From NCBI GenBank assembly GCA_036785375.1, contig JAWMAR010000316.1, positions 372,001 to 436,000 of the forward strand: a DNA stretch of 64,000 nt, in the 5' to 3' direction. The DNA comes from Leucoraja ocellata. Lineage: Eukaryota. Of the stretch, positions 35,520-49,253 are shown in pieces. Position numbers and translations under genes: made by a program. The first letter of the stretch is position 1; each line of letters begins with the position of its first letter. The notes beneath the pieces are model-generated. The model made no database searches. It saw only the letters and a list, made by a program, of their open reading frames with translations, and was not told where the DNA came from.

Positions 35520-35941
35520 CTCACCATCACAGAGCTCGCGATCTCTGATGGGGATCGGCTTTGGGGCTCCAACGAGGGAGCCTGCGGACTAACATCGCGG
35601 AGCTCACGATCTCTAGTTGGAGACCGACTTCGGGAACACCAAGCCCCAGGAGCTTCGATCGACCCGATGCGGGAGCTTCAATCGCCCCGACGCAGGGACT
35701 TCGACCGCAGGCAGCGGGAGCTTCGATCGCCCCAACCGCAGGAGAATAAAGAGGGAGAAGATTGGACTTTATTGCCTTCCATCACAGTGAGGAACGTGAG
35801 GAATCCACTATGGCGAATGTTTATGTTAACTTTTATTTAGTAGTGTGTCATTTTGCTTTTTTTTTAGTATGGCTGTATGGTAATCGATTTTCAATGTACC
35901 TTAATTTGTATATGTGACAAGAAACTGACCTTGAAACCTTG
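35520..35941 (+). mobile_element. Non-LTR family 3' fragment (same family as 8107-8700 and 42290-43060)
   Basis: ttccatcacagtgaggaacgtg core; internal short repeats gggagcttcgatcgcccc. Confidence 0.6.
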
Positions 35942-35943
35942 GA

Positions 35944-36860
35944 GTGGCTATTACTAAGGATAAGGTGCTTGGGAAGCTGAAACGTCTGAAGGTGATTAAG
36001 TCACCTGGACCAGATGAACTATACCCCAGGGTTCTGAAAGAGGTAGCTTTAGAGATTGGGGAAGCATTTATAGTGATCTTTCAAGAATCAGTCAGGAGTG
36101 GTCCCAGAGGACTGGAAATTTGCGAATGTTACTGCGCTGTTCAAGGGGGTGAGGCAAAAGAGGGGAAACTACAGGACGATTAGCCTGACCTCCGTGATTG
36201 GCAAGATTTGAGAGTTCATTATTAAGGATGAGGTACTTAGAAACACATGAACAATTGGTCGAAGTCAGCAGATAAATTGCAGGATAGACAAAGGAAAGTC
36301 AGTTGATATTGTTAACTTGGATTTCCAGAAGGCCTTTGATAAGGTGTGCACAAGGCTGTTAAACAAGATGAGAGAGCCCATGGTATTAGAGCCCAAGATA
36401 CTAGCATGGATAGAAGGGTGGCTGAATGGCAGAAGACAAGGAATAAGACTAAAGGGGGGCTTTCTCTGGTTGCCTGCCAGTGTCTAGTGGTGTTCGGCAG
36501 AGGTCGGTGCTGGGGCCGCTACTCTTCACGTCGTATAAATATGATTTAGATGAGGGAATTGATGGCTTTGTGGCCAAGTTTGCGGATGATACAAAGATTA
36601 GTGGAGGGGGAGGTAGAATTTAGGAAGCAGGGAGTCTGCAGAAGGATTTGGATAGATTGGGAGAGTGGGCAAAGAAGTGGCAGATGGAATACAGCGTGGC
36701 AAAATGTGCAATCATGCTCTTTGTTAGAGGGAATAAAGATGTAGATTGCTTTCTAAATGGTGAGAGAATTCTGAAATCAGAGGTGAAAAGGAACTTGGAA
36801 TTGATGGAGCAGGATTCACAAAAGGTTAATTTGAATAGTTGGTAAGGAAGGTAAATGCAA
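35944..36860 (+). mobile_element. Degraded CR1 RT fragment
   Basis: KSPGPDELYPRVLKE, LDFQKAFDKV, KFADDTK motifs across frames. Confidence 0.85.
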
Positions 36861-37843
36861 ATGGAAAATACTCAGGCAGCATCTGTGAAGAAGAAAACAT
36901 CATTTTGGTTTCAGGTTAATGGCCTTTCATTACAATCTTTCATGATAAAAAGTCATGGATCCAAATTGTTAACTTTGTTTTCTCTTACAAGAGATGCTGT
37001 CTGACCTGCTGCATATTTTCTATTATTTTCACTTCGTATTTCAGATTTCCAGCATCTGAAGTTGTTTTGTTTTAGAAATTAGATTTCCTGGTGGAGAGCT
37101 TCACACAGCATCACAAAAATTAATAACCTTTGCCTTGAACTGCAAGATGCTTACAGCAAATTTATGCAAATGAAAGAGCAGGCTTGGCAAAAGTATAGCA
37201 GGATTAAAGTATCGGAAAAAAACTAAAGTAAGATAATAAACAAAAATTAAAAATAAATAGAAGAGTAATAAAATAGAAAGCTCAATATCACTCCCTAGAA
37301 CGATATTGGTCTAAAATGAGAAAATCCTTATCATTAAATGGTTTGAGTACGCGGGCTACGAATTGGATAATAAATACAGGGAAATGCTAGAAATACCCAC
37401 ACTCTGCGAATTAACGTTTGAATATAGACTCAAACTTTCTTGAAATAGCATATCCCTTGGTTCAACCTAATGATGAATAGATAATAAATGCCAGTCTTAA
37501 AAGTCACGAATGAACAAAAAATAATAACATCAACCAACTGAATTGTGAAAGAGAAACAAATGGCTGGTCAGCTTACCCCTATTTCCATGTTCCCATGTTT
37601 TACTGTTTTTAGAAGTAATCTGCTGCACAGAAAATTTGAGTTTCCCCCTCTCATTCAGAACCTTTCAACAAATTCTCCAGATATTCCAATAACCAACTCC
37701 ACAGTGAGAAAACAGGTGAATCCCATAGACATTCCCCACATTTCACTGAAGTATAACATTTTACCCAAGTAAATTTTATGAAGGTTATTAAGATGAATGG
37801 GACTTTTGGTAAGGGTAAAATGTCCAAGCAATTAAACACATAC

Positions 37844-37978
37844 CTGTACACTGCAACTGATGCTGAGCAAACCCTTCCCCACAAGAAGGCACGCATTGAC
37901 CATTCTTCAGCAGCAAGAACTCCTTACACGATAAGCATTCAAACTGATTTTGACAAGTGGCACATGGTTCGTCACATG
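37844..37978 (-). CDS. FRAS1: FRAS1 coding exon, furin-like repeat (CDEPCATCQNQFECLSCKEFLLLKNGQCVPSCGEGFAQHQLQCT)
   Basis: 135 bp, acceptor cctgacacag, donor gtatgt, phase 1-1. Confidence 0.93.
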
Positions 37979-38509
37979 CTGTGTCAGGGAAAGACAAATT
38001 ACAGTTAAGACCAGTTGATTCTTCTTTGTAATACAGCAGGAAGAAAAAAAGGTCAAGCACTATTGGATAAGGACTTGTTGCAGTCAATTTATCTCATGTT
38101 TCCTCTAAAGCTGCACACCCTTCCATTCAAACTGCAGTATGCCAGCGATCATTACTTTTATTTCATTTGAACTCTTTGTGCTGCACGGAATGCACTGTTT
38201 CCAAGCCAAGGAAGCTTCACACAGTTTCTACCAGTGCTGTCAGTAAGCCATTTCCGAGCAACTTCCCCGAGGTAGGTTAAATTGCTTTTGCTTTTATCCT
38301 TCCCTGTCGAGTTTCTCAGATGAATTAATGAAAGCTGCTGAGGATCAGGTTCTCAATGTGGATTTGCACCAAAGTTAAAGTTCATTTAGTTTAACAAACT
38401 AAAGCAGCATGGGCACAAAATTGACTAAATGACACCAAGCAGTGCAGAGATGACTAATAATTTTTAGATTACTGAGCAATACTTAATTGTATTCCTCAGG
38501 GGCCTTGCA

Positions 38510-40055
38510 CAAAGACCACAGCTCTTCGTCTCTTCAATGACTTCCGTTTTCCAGGTCCCCACTCCCTCATCTTTATCGATGTCTAGTCATCCTACACTTC
38601 CATCCCTCACCAGGAGGGTCTTAAAGCCCTCCATTTCTTCCTCGACTGCAGAACCAGCCAATTTCCATCCACCAATTCTCTCCTCTGCCCAGCAGAGCTG
38701 GTCCTTACCCTCAACATCTTCTGCTTCAACTCCTCCCACTTCCTCCAGATCCAAGGGGTACCTATGGGCACTCGCATGGGCCCTAGTTATGCCTGCCTCT
38801 TTGTAGGGTACAGCGAACAATCACTGTTCCAGGCGTACACTGTCCCTATCACCGAACTCTACCTCCGCTACATTGACGACTGCATGGGTGCCACCTCCTG
38901 CACCCATGCAAAACTCACTGACTTCATCAACTTCACCACTAATTTCCATTCTGCACTCAAATACGCGTGGACCATCTCCGACATCTCCCTACCGTTTCTA
39001 GATCTCACCGTCTCCATCACAGGAAACAGACTATTGACCGACGTCTACTACAAACCTACTGACTCCCATAGCTGTCCTGACTACACTTCTTCCCACCCTT
39101 CTTCTTGTGAAGACTCTATCCCCCTCCCAATTCATCCGTCTAAGCTGCATCTACGCCCAGGACAATACCAGGGCATTGGAGATGTCCTCATTCTTTAGGG
39201 AACGGGGTTCCCCTCTTCCATTATAGATGAGGCTCTCAGTAGGGTTTCCTCAATATCACGCAGCTCCGCTCTCACTCCCCCTCTCCCCTCTCGTAACAAG
39301 GACAGAGTCCCCCTTGCCCTCACCTTCCACCCCATCAGCCGTCGTATACCACATATAATCCTCCAACATTTTTGCCACCTCCAACTGGATCCCACTACTG
39401 GCCACATCTTCCCATCTCCACCCCTTTCTGCTTTCCGCAGAGACCATTCACCTCCGTAACTCTCTGGTCAACTTGCCCCTCCCCAGGTACTTTCCCCTGC
39501 AACCGGAGGAGATACAACACCTGTCCCTTTACCTCTCCCTTCGACTCCATCCAAGGACCCAGACAGTCATTCCAGGTGAGGCAGAGGTTCACTTACACCT
39601 CCTCCAACCTCATCGACTGCATCCGCTGTTTTAGGTGTCAACTTCTCTACATCGGCGAAACCAAGCGCAGGCTCAGCGATCGTTTTGCTGAACATCTCCG
39701 CTCAGTCCGTCTTAACATACCTGATCTCCCGGTGGTTCAGCACTTCAACTCCCCCTCCCATTCCTAATCTGACCTTTCTGTCCTGGGCCTCCTCCATTGT
39801 CAGAATGAGGCCCAGCGCAAATTAGAGGAACAGCACCTCATATTTTGCTTGGGTAGTTTACACTTATCTAACTTCAGGTAACCCTTGCTTTCTCTCTTCA
39901 ACCCCCCCCCCCCCCCAGTTCTCCCACTCTCCGCCAACAATCTTTGTTTGTCCTACCCCTTCCCCTGATATCAGTCTGAAGAAGGGTCTCAACCTGAAAA
40001 GTCGCCCATTCCTTCTCTCCATAGATGCTGCCTCACCTGTTGAGTTTTCCAACAT
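38510..40055 (+). mobile_element. Penelope-like retroelement (RT C-terminal half + GIY-YIG endonuclease + 3' terminal repeat), decayed
   Basis: MGTRMGPSYACLFVG, RYIDD, LPFLD, YYKPTD (PLE RT); CFRCQLLYIGETKRRLSDRFAEH (GIY-YIG); CTGAAGA..GAAA motif at 39976-40003. Confidence 0.92.
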
Positions 40056-42289
40056 CTACCCACAGATTTTTTAAATACATAGACATGGTCAATATTCAAG
40101 ATTACATTGGAAGTTTTCGTTTGATACAAAATTCCAAAATGAAGTAACTAATTATAAATGATAGAACCCGATTAAGGTGTATAGAGACTTATGAAATGAG
40201 CAGAAATTTGGCAGGTTAAATGTATTAGAGAGAAGTGTGAACATTATCTTCATCAGCTGATTTCATTGCTTCATCTAACTGAGGGTATTCAATAGGGGTC
40301 AATGAAGACAAAAATGGCCGTGGAAGTGGCCATCTGCAAAAGAAAGAAATAGGATGTTGAGAAGACTGTTAAAAAGAACAAATGGATTCCTTGGCTTCAG
40401 AAAAATAAGATTGAAGTACAAAAGTAAATATGTTATCTTGTATATATTTGGAGAATACCAGTTAGATCTCCATTAGAGTGTTGTGTTCAGTTTTGGGTGC
40501 TGGACTTCAAAAACGATGCCAAGGTCCCCAAGAGACTGAAAAAGGGATTGCCCAGAATGACATCAAGGATGAGGATTGTTGGCTTAAACTGAAAACAGAA
40601 AAAGGGGTTATTTTTGAAGTGATGAGGAGGAGATGTGATAAACTTGTTTAAAATTAACAACAAATTCTTCTTCTTCACCAGTAGATCATTCTACAAATCG
40701 ATGAAAAAAATCCATCAACCATTCTATTGACTACCCACCGAGCCAAATCCTTACATATCAAATTGAAGCTATCTACCGACACTTGACCAATTCTAGAATG
40801 AATCATCCACCACATCTATTCTTTACTCTCCTTAACATTATTCCAAGTACAAACGATCTAAAGTCTCAGATGTTGCTTTTGTTTGTTCCCTGAAGGAAAG
40901 TCCACAAGGGTTGCTTCCCACTGGAAGTAGTTGAGGATGAACTCTCTCTAATATTGAATAAATGTAAAGGATTTCATTAAATCATGGTCCACAAAGTTTT
41001 TTTGCATCTTAATTTTATATCTCCATGTGTCTCTATCCGTCTCCCGTGCTTGATTACATAAACATATATTCCTGGAAATAATTCAGATAAATTCATATTT
41101 AATATAATAGTCCAATTCATTATTTAATATAATTCAAGTGTTTAGAGAGACATTTGGCTAACTTTGGAGAACTTTGTCCACTTTTAACCTCCATACAAGA
41201 AGGTATCAAACATATTCTTATATTCTTTTAACTTTTCAATTCTTCTTTCAGTTATCAAATCTAATCTTGAATACTGACATAGCATTAACCTCACAGACAA
41301 ATCTCAGAATTGATTTGCACAGCATCAGATCTTTATTAAGGACCTTGCGATTGCTTTCTGATCTTAATCTCTTGCATTCAATATGGAGCTGCACTCATTC
41401 TGGGAAATACTAATTCACTATCTGTCCTGTCCCAACATCAAAAGGGAGCAGCACTGGGCATCAATGGAATGGAGAGGAGAAGAGCCATTAAGAACACCAC
41501 AGAGGCAGTGGAGAAGGCCTAGAGATGGCTCTGGATCAGGAGAGGAGGTCCATGGGGAGGAGCAAATGCCACCTGAACACAAGTCGTGGTCTGATCAACC
41601 ACGGCTGGGTCGCCTGGATGAGGGTGTCCGATGTTGAAAGATCCGAAACATCCAATGACCCCAGGTTACATCACTGAGGATGTGTTCAGGAGCATCAATT
41701 GATGTATTTGTATCAATGATTGGAATATTAAAATAATCAATCTGTATGTCTTTGGGATATAGGCGAAAACCAGGGCTCTTCAGAGAAAACCCACGCAGTC
41801 AGAGAGAATATGCAAACACTATACATGCAGCACCAGAGGTCAGGATCAAACAAGGCTACACCCTTATGTTCTCCTAATTCCTTCTCATTTCTAATTTGAA
41901 AGGGAAACTCATTTTACTTAAGCTGGCTCTGGATATCTTCATGAATGGAAACATCATGTCAACAACCTTCCATAATTTCAAGTTCTTTGAATACAATGCC
42001 TCTTATTTCCCTCTGCTCAAAATCAAATTACCAATTCTTCAAGCCTTCTTCATATATGTATTTCCTTGGGTATTTTTCAATGGCTTCATCAACTTTAAGT
42101 GTTATCTTTAATGTTCCAAGTCTGTATCCTCTGCTCTTCTTCAGCATTGTTTACTTTCAGAATGAGTATAATTATTGCTACATTTATCGGTACTGAAATA
42201 CTTCATGCTGGATTTATGGAATTCAATCTCCATTTTTTAACCCTATAATTTTCAATATTTCCAAGCAGTTTACATTTATTCCAAAGTTT

Positions 42290-43060
42290 CAAGGTCAACT
42301 TTTCAAGGTCAGTTTATTATCACATGTACCAATTAAGGTACAGTGAAATTCAAATGACCATACAGCCATACTAAATAAAACCAACAAGACACAGAACTAC
42401 ATAGAAGTTGCCATAAACATCCACCACAGCAGATTCCCCACGTTCCTCACTGTGATGGAAGACGATAAAGTCCAATCGTCTTCCTCTTTTATTTTCCCTC
42501 CGGGGCATTCGAACCATCCGCGTCAGGGAATTCAAAGCTCCCGCAGCCGGTGGTCGAAGATCCTATGGCTTGGAGTTCCTGAAATCAATCTCTGACCAGA
42601 GACCGCGATCTCCGTGATGTTAAAGTCCCGCAGACTCCCGCAATGGAGCGCAGAGGTCGATCTCTGGCAAAAGGATCGTGAGCTCCATAATGTTAAAGTC
42701 CCGCAGACTCCCGCAATGGAGCTCAGAGGTCGATCTCTGGCAAAAGGATCGTGAGCTCCATAATGTTAAAATCCACAGGTACCCGCGGTGGAGCTCTCGA
42801 AATCGGTCTCCAGCAAAGGCCAGCAACGCCTCGATGTTAGGCCGCAGCGCGGACGGAGATACGATACAGAAAAAAAAAAATCGCATCTCTATCGAGGTAA
42901 GAGATTAGAAAAAGTTTCCCCCAAAGCCCCACCGCCCCACCCCCCACATAAAACAAGCTAAAGAACACTAAAAACATACATTTAACACATACAAACAAAC
43001 AACAAAAGCAGGAAGGGACAGAGAGACTGTTGGCTAGGCAGCCATTGTTGGCGCCACTCG
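42290..43060 (-). mobile_element. Longest copy of the unclassified non-LTR family, with an internal 73-bp tandem duplication
   Basis: Unit starting 42617 repeats at 42690 and partially at 42763. Confidence 0.65.
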
Positions 43061-44189
43061 GTAGAGATAATTGCTCCCAATGTGGCAATATCTTTAAATG
43101 AGAACAACACTCCCACCCAATCAATGATATACAGTGGGGAGATGTACCACCATAACAGAATCATGTTGGACTCCAATCCACTTCTGTTACTCTGAAGAAA
43201 TGTCCCAGTCATGCTATGATTTCTCCCTGTTCGATAATCCCCCCATAAAATATCCTGCCAGGGCAATTACTAAATCCTATATACACTGCATCCACACAAT
43301 TTCTCCCATTAGCTGTTACTTAACTAAAGTTGCCCAACCAAACGGAGTCTGTCAAACACACTGGCCCTTTTGAATCTATTAATGATACCATTTGGCTCTC
43401 TATGATAGTTTGCAATACTTTGAAACCTTTCTCTCCTCAGAAGGCAGAACAACTGCCATGATTATTCATTATTCATTTGGTGCTGACTCTTCTTTGAAAG
43501 ACAAGTCCACATTTCCAGCTTTCAGTCCTCTGGCACCCATCCATAATCAATAGAGCAGAGACTTATTTCAAGCTTTACTGGTTTAACCACCGGTGTTTAC
43601 GAAGTCTTCAAATAACCCCAATGAGAGAAACTCCTTGCCAAAGTTGATCATCTAATTTAAAGATTTTTTGTAAGCTTTTGAGGTGACATTTGTTTACTTG
43701 AATAGAATGTTTCTGGACGCAATCCGACAGCCCAAAAGACTTTGATGTACAACTTAAGTGCTCAATGGACAAAGGCATCCATCGGATTTAATGAAATGAT
43801 TAAGATCTGAAGGGTAGCAAACAGATATATTCCCTTTTTTTAAAGCTGATGGGAGAAAGATATTAAACATGCTTTTCTTTTGATAAACAGTTATCTTGTA
43901 CAGCAGTACAGCACTTATCTTGCCTTGAAGCACTCATTATTACCCATTTGTTATAAAGCAAGTGAGCAAAGTATCCTCCAAAGAGTTTTTTTTAAACTTT
44001 TAACATGTGTATCACTGCTATATTTTGTAATGGATCCATTAAAAATATATACTTGCTTTGACAAAGCGTTCAATCAACACACAATTACCAAACTGAAGAC
44101 AAAGGTTCACCAGAAACAGAAATCCTCTTTCACAAAGGGGCTCTTCAAAGCATTCTGAGAACTTAAACGATCAGGAGATTGTCAGATAC

Positions 44190-44333
44190 CTTTACACAGC
44201 CCGCTGTCTTGGTGAAACCCATGGTCACAGTGCTGCAAACAGCGGCCATTCTGCAGATGCCGTCTCTTGTCCATGCAGATGTCACAATAATCAGGTGATT
44301 GTGAGCAGGTCAGGCAATCCGGGTGGCACTGAA
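44190..44333 (-). CDS. FRAS1: FRAS1 coding exon, furin-like repeat (QCHPDCLTCSQSPDYCDICMDKRRHLQNGRCLQHCDHGFHQDSGLCK)
   Basis: 144 bp, acceptor ttgatag, donor gtatct, phase 1-1; CHPDCLTCSQSPD matches FRAS1 first furin repeat. Confidence 0.95.
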
Positions 44334-44739
44334 CTATCAAGCAAGTAGTGAAATAAAACCATGAATTTCTAGCAACATGAAACTGATTACTTCCACAGAC
44401 ATTTCCATTCCTCCATTCATCCTTTGAACAACACTGAAAGGAAACTTTTTTGAAAACAAATATTTATTTCATGTGTGTGCAAATTCTACATGCGGCTTTC
44501 GATGAAGAAAATCAGTATTTGGCGAGCATTATCTGTACATCTGCATTCAGGAATGAATTTCAGCGGCATCAGGATTCCTTCCTCCCTCCACCAACCACTA
44601 ACCCTACCCCTCCCCCCCCCCCCACAACCCCACCCTTAATCCCTACTCCAAAGAACCTGTCTCTTGTACGGCTGGCTTTAAATCAACCTAGGTCATCTGC
44701 CCACAATATCCAAGGTATTCAATCAGCAATTGTATCAGA

Positions 44740-45390
44740 CATAGAACAATAAATATAGCACAAGAATGGGCTTTCAGTCCACAATGTCTGTCCTAGACAT
44801 GATGCCAAGACCTGCCTGCTCATAATCCATATCCCTCCATATCCATAGATCTATCCAAAAGTTTCTTAAATGTCACTATTGTATGTGCCCCAACCACCAG
44901 AAGCATGCTCCAACCACTCGCCACACACTGCATAAAAAAACTTTCCCAGCACATGTCCTGTAAAATACGTCCCTCTCACCTTAAAGTTAGGCCCTCTAGT
45001 ATTTGTTTTTTTTCCATCCTGGGAAAAAGGTTCTGACTGACTACCCTATCTATGCCTCTCAAAATGTACTTCTATCGAGTCTTCCTGCAATATCTGCCAT
45101 TTCAGAGAAAACAGTCCAAATTTGTCTAACCTCCCCATATCGCCAATACTCCTTAATCTAATAATCATTCAGGTCAACCACTGCACCCTTTCCAAAACCT
45201 CCACATCCTTCCTGTAATGGGGTGACAAGAACGGCACACAATACTCCAAATGCAGTTTAAATAAAGTCCTATAAAGCTACATCATGACTTAAATGCCCTG
45301 ACCTGCAAAAGCAAACACGCCATGTGCCTTCTTTATCATACTATTCACTTGCATTACACTTTCAGGGAGATATGGATTTGCGCCCTAAGA
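44740..45390 (-). mobile_element. Degraded CR1 3' fragment
   Basis: Homologous to 5522-5965. Confidence 0.7.
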
Positions 45391-46090
45391 CACCTCTGAC
45401 ATCAATGATGTTAGATGGAATGTCTTGGGAGTATATAAGTAAAAAGGAAGAATCCTCATACAGTTTTAAACCAGGGGAAAGCACAACATTGCTAATTAGC
45501 AGGATGTATGGAAAGAGTGCAGATTTAATGGGGAGAGTCAACAATGGGCACATTAAATTAACAGGAGAAAGGGCAAAGAGTGGATGAGTTAAATCTAGAA
45601 GGGGCTGAAGAATCCATAGCTCAATTCATTGATGAATCTGCAATTGTGCAAATAAAATAGTTTCTGTGAACTGTTGTGTGGAATAACTTGAGCCGTGATC
45701 GATGAGACTGAACAGTGGGGGAACTAAAGGGGAGATTGCCAGTGAAGAGGATGTTGAATTATGCTTTTAGATCAACACAATCATCTTCCTCTTCACTGAC
45801 ATTCTTGATGTTCTGTTGAAAAGCACAGTATCATGCTGGTGCTTTTAACATGGTTTAAATATCCATCAGTTGTGAAGCATGTTTAAAAAAACTGCAATTT
45901 TAATGTGAATATTCAGTCTCCCCTTAGACAGCTCCCCCTTCCAAAGAAATGAAACAGCGACTGGAATAGAAGTAGGGGAAGCCTCTGGGATGACTTTTGT
46001 GGGACTGATTTGCTGCCTGCAATCTCCACTGGAAAGATCCTGTCATCCAATTAGTTTCAAATGCCCTTTCTTCTGTTAAACATTTTACTC

Positions 46091-46092
46091 AT

Positions 46093-46130
<38 letters not shown>
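46091..46130. repeat. (ATTT)n microsatellite
   Basis: Direct reading. Confidence 0.95.
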
Positions 46131-46131
<1 letters not shown>

Positions 46132-46994
46132 TATATTTTATTTGTATTAGAAGTACAGTAAATTACAGTAATACACATATATCTTATTACATCTGTTGTA
46201 CCACTTCGTTTTTCGAGCTTTAAAAAAAGGTAGAAATAAAAGAAGAAAGGAAAGTGAGCAAGAATCACGATTCTTGCTGTTAAACATTTTGCTTCCACAA
46301 ATAAATGTAATTAAACTATTTTTGTGGGTTTAAAGCCCTTCCCTTGCTACTAGCAGAAAAGGGTATGTTTTTTTTTAAATAAAGAAGATAACTAATTCCA
46401 GAATTAAAAGTGCATCTTTTTCACAAATCTGGATATACGGTATTTCTCTGACTGGATGAAAAACGTATGATACTTGTATTCACTTTATTAACCAAAAATT
46501 AATCTAAGTGGCTTTCTTCTTTTATTTCCCTAGTATTAGTGCAGGAATGTTGGAGTTGCCTCTTCTGCCTGAAATCATGTCTAATACAATGTTTACCTAC
46601 TTTATATTCAGCTGTTTTTACAAAAAACTTGTGGCAGTCTCTTTCTCAGAGATGGCGTTGATGTTGACTTGCGTCTCCTTCACTCCCGCTGGGTTCTGAG
46701 ATAGGCGGAGAACCCTTGGTAGAATCTACCGACTTTGACGCAGATGGGGCAGGCGGTGCTAAGAGGACAGATGAACCAGTTGTCTAGAACGTTGGGGGGC
46801 CTTCTACTACTTGGTCTCATCATGAGGTGTCAAGACTCTAGTGTCTTCCTGGACACCCCTTCTCTATTTTGTTACAAGGCCACCCAGAAGTCAGAAAGAA
46901 TTTTGCACATAGGCTGATCTTGAAACGAAATTCTTGAAGCGTTTTTTGTGCAATTTATGACAAGCAGAAATGGACAATTAACATAACACTGGAT

Positions 46995-47495
46995 GGCACA
47001 GTGGCGGAGTGGTAGCGTTGCTACATTACAGCGCCAGAGACCCGGGTTCAATCCTGATTATGCATGCTGTCTGTGTGGAGCTTGTATATTCTCTGTGATC
47101 ATGTGGATTTTCTCTGGGTGCTCCGTTGTCCTCCCACATTCTGAAGATGTACAGGTTTGAAGGTTAATTGGCTGCTGTAAAAATTGTAACTTGTCCCAAG
47201 CATGTAGGAGAGTGATCTCTGGTCAATGCGGACCATCTGTCTCACAGCATCAGAGACCCAGGTTCAATCCTGATCCAGGGTGCTGTCTGTGTGCATGTTC
47301 TCTTTGTAACCACATGAGTTTCCTCTCACATCCTAAAGATGTGCGGGTTTGTAGCGGGTTAATTGGCCTCTATAAATTGACCCGAGTGTATAGGGAGTGG
47401 ATGGAAAGAAGGTCCAGCACAGAACTACTGTGAAAGGGTGATCAATGGTTGGTGTGGATTCGGTGTGCCGAAGGGCCTGTTTCCACACTATATCT

Positions 47496-47528
<33 letters not shown>
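46995..47528 (+). mobile_element. Two tandem HE1-like SINE copies ending in (TCAA)n
   Basis: A box tggcggagtgg, B boxes ggttcaatcc at ~47045 and ~47261. Confidence 0.8.
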
Positions 47529-47529
<1 letters not shown>

Positions 47530-48351
47530 GTAACTGTTATATGAAACTGATCTCCATCAATGAGCTTGAGTCCAACTATACTCTGCATTCCAATACTGCT
47601 TCATTTGAAGAGGTCACATGCTTTGGACTCTCATATCTGAAACTTTTGTGGGACCCAATCTTCAAAATGTTTTTTTACCGGAAGATAACTAGTGACTTTG
47701 ACGTAGGTGGGGCAGGTAAATCAGCGGAGGAACATAAGCAGTTATTTGTACATTGCTCCAAGCCTCCAAATTACTGATAGAGAGTGATGCGGAAAACCTG
47801 CATGAAAACATCAAGCACCGTCACGTGTCAGCAGGTGACAAGCAAACACTGTTTAAAATATAACATTTCTGATTCTGCACAATGTAAGAGGAGATACTTA
47901 AAAGACATCATGCAGACTGGGTCCTTCAAGAAGAACAAAAAGGGTGGACCCAGGCAACTGCATTGTTCTGCATGCTGTGTGCATGAAGAGATAAACAGAC
48001 TATAAATTTACATTAAAACATGAGAATAGCTATAGGATTTGGAATCAATAGAGCTTTTCACACCAATTCACATTTCCAGTCCAACAATTCCATTTCAACC
48101 TGGAGTTTCACAACATTAATCACAGCTTTGGAGTGTTGCACCTTGCAAGTAATTTCCTGATAATTTAATATGATCTTTTGGTAGACAGGGTTCCAGTCTA
48201 TAAACGTAACTGTGCAAGATAATACAAACTTCTGCTACATATTGTTCTGTGCTTTGCTATTTACATTTCCAAATAGTTGTTACAGTTGACAGAATTATAT
48301 CATGCAGGGGTTCTACCTGTTGCAAGAATGCACTCCTGACCTGGCCACAGG

Positions 48352-48570
48352 CAGACACACACACACACACAGAGGCAAACACGCGCACACACAGATGCAA
48401 ACACACAAAGACACACACACACACCACAGATGAGAACATACACATGGACAATACACACAAAGAAGCATGTACACATGGACAAACCCACATACATGCACAC
48501 ACACAAGGGCATGTATACATATATACACATGCACCAGTCATCCACATGCACAAGCATGAACATTCACAAA
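48352..48570. repeat. Degenerate (CA)n-rich microsatellite
   Basis: Direct reading. Confidence 0.9.
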
Positions 48571-48624
48571 TATAGATGCTAGCAGAATTTTTAATGAATA
48601 TAAAACGGATTTATGATTATTTTC

Positions 48625-49110
48625 AGTTCTGGTGGAGGCTTTGGAAAAAGTGCAGTGGAGGTTTATCAGCATGCTGGCTGGATTAGAAGACATTAGCTAC
48701 GGGGAGAGGTTGGATAGACTTGGATAGTTTTCTCTGGAACACCAGAGAGTGGGGGAAGACCTGATAGAAGTATGTCAAATTGTGAGAGGCATAAGTAGTG
48801 CAGACAGTCAGATCCTTCTTCCCAGGATGGAAAAGTCAAAGTAGAGGGCACAGCTTTAAGATATGAGAGACAAAGTTTAAAGGAGATGTGCGGGGCAATT
48901 GTTTCATATAGAAGTTGGTGAGTGCCAGGAACACACCGTTAGTTGTTGTGGTGGAAGTAGACACTTGAGCCTTTTGGATTGGCAGGTGAATATGCAGGGA
49001 ATGGAGGGATATGAATTATGTGCAGGCAGATAAGAGTTGGCCTTGTCATCATGTTTGGCACCAACATTATGGGCCAAAGGGCCTTTTCCTGTGCTGTACT
49101 GTTTATGTTC
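48625..49110 (+). mobile_element. Degraded CR1 3' fragment
   Basis: RLDRLG.FSLE motif and CR1 3' UTR. Confidence 0.75.
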
Positions 49111-49253
49111 AAACGCTGTTACGGTAAGAAAGTAAGAACTGCAATTTGTGATAAGTTATAAACACTATTTTGAAATGCAGAGGAAATAATTCAAAATCAC
49201 ACAATCTAGAACCATCCTTATTCTACCTCTTGTCACTGTTCATACATTCATAC

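Noticed and set aside
40660-42290. Possible degraded L1/Tx1-like fragments
   Set aside because: AT-rich and LINE-like, but I could not recover diagnostic motifs by eye.
1357-44333. Furin-repeat exons as PCSK5/PCSK6
   Set aside because: Upstream in-frame exons encode VWC domains, and the CHPDCLTCSQSPD and CEFCMC motifs point to FRAS1.
46995-47060. tRNA gene
   Set aside because: The A/B boxes belong to a SINE head; the sequence continues into the SINE body with no acceptor stem.
48249-48575. Cys/Val-rich and His/Thr-rich ORFs
   Set aside because: Translation of a CA microsatellite.
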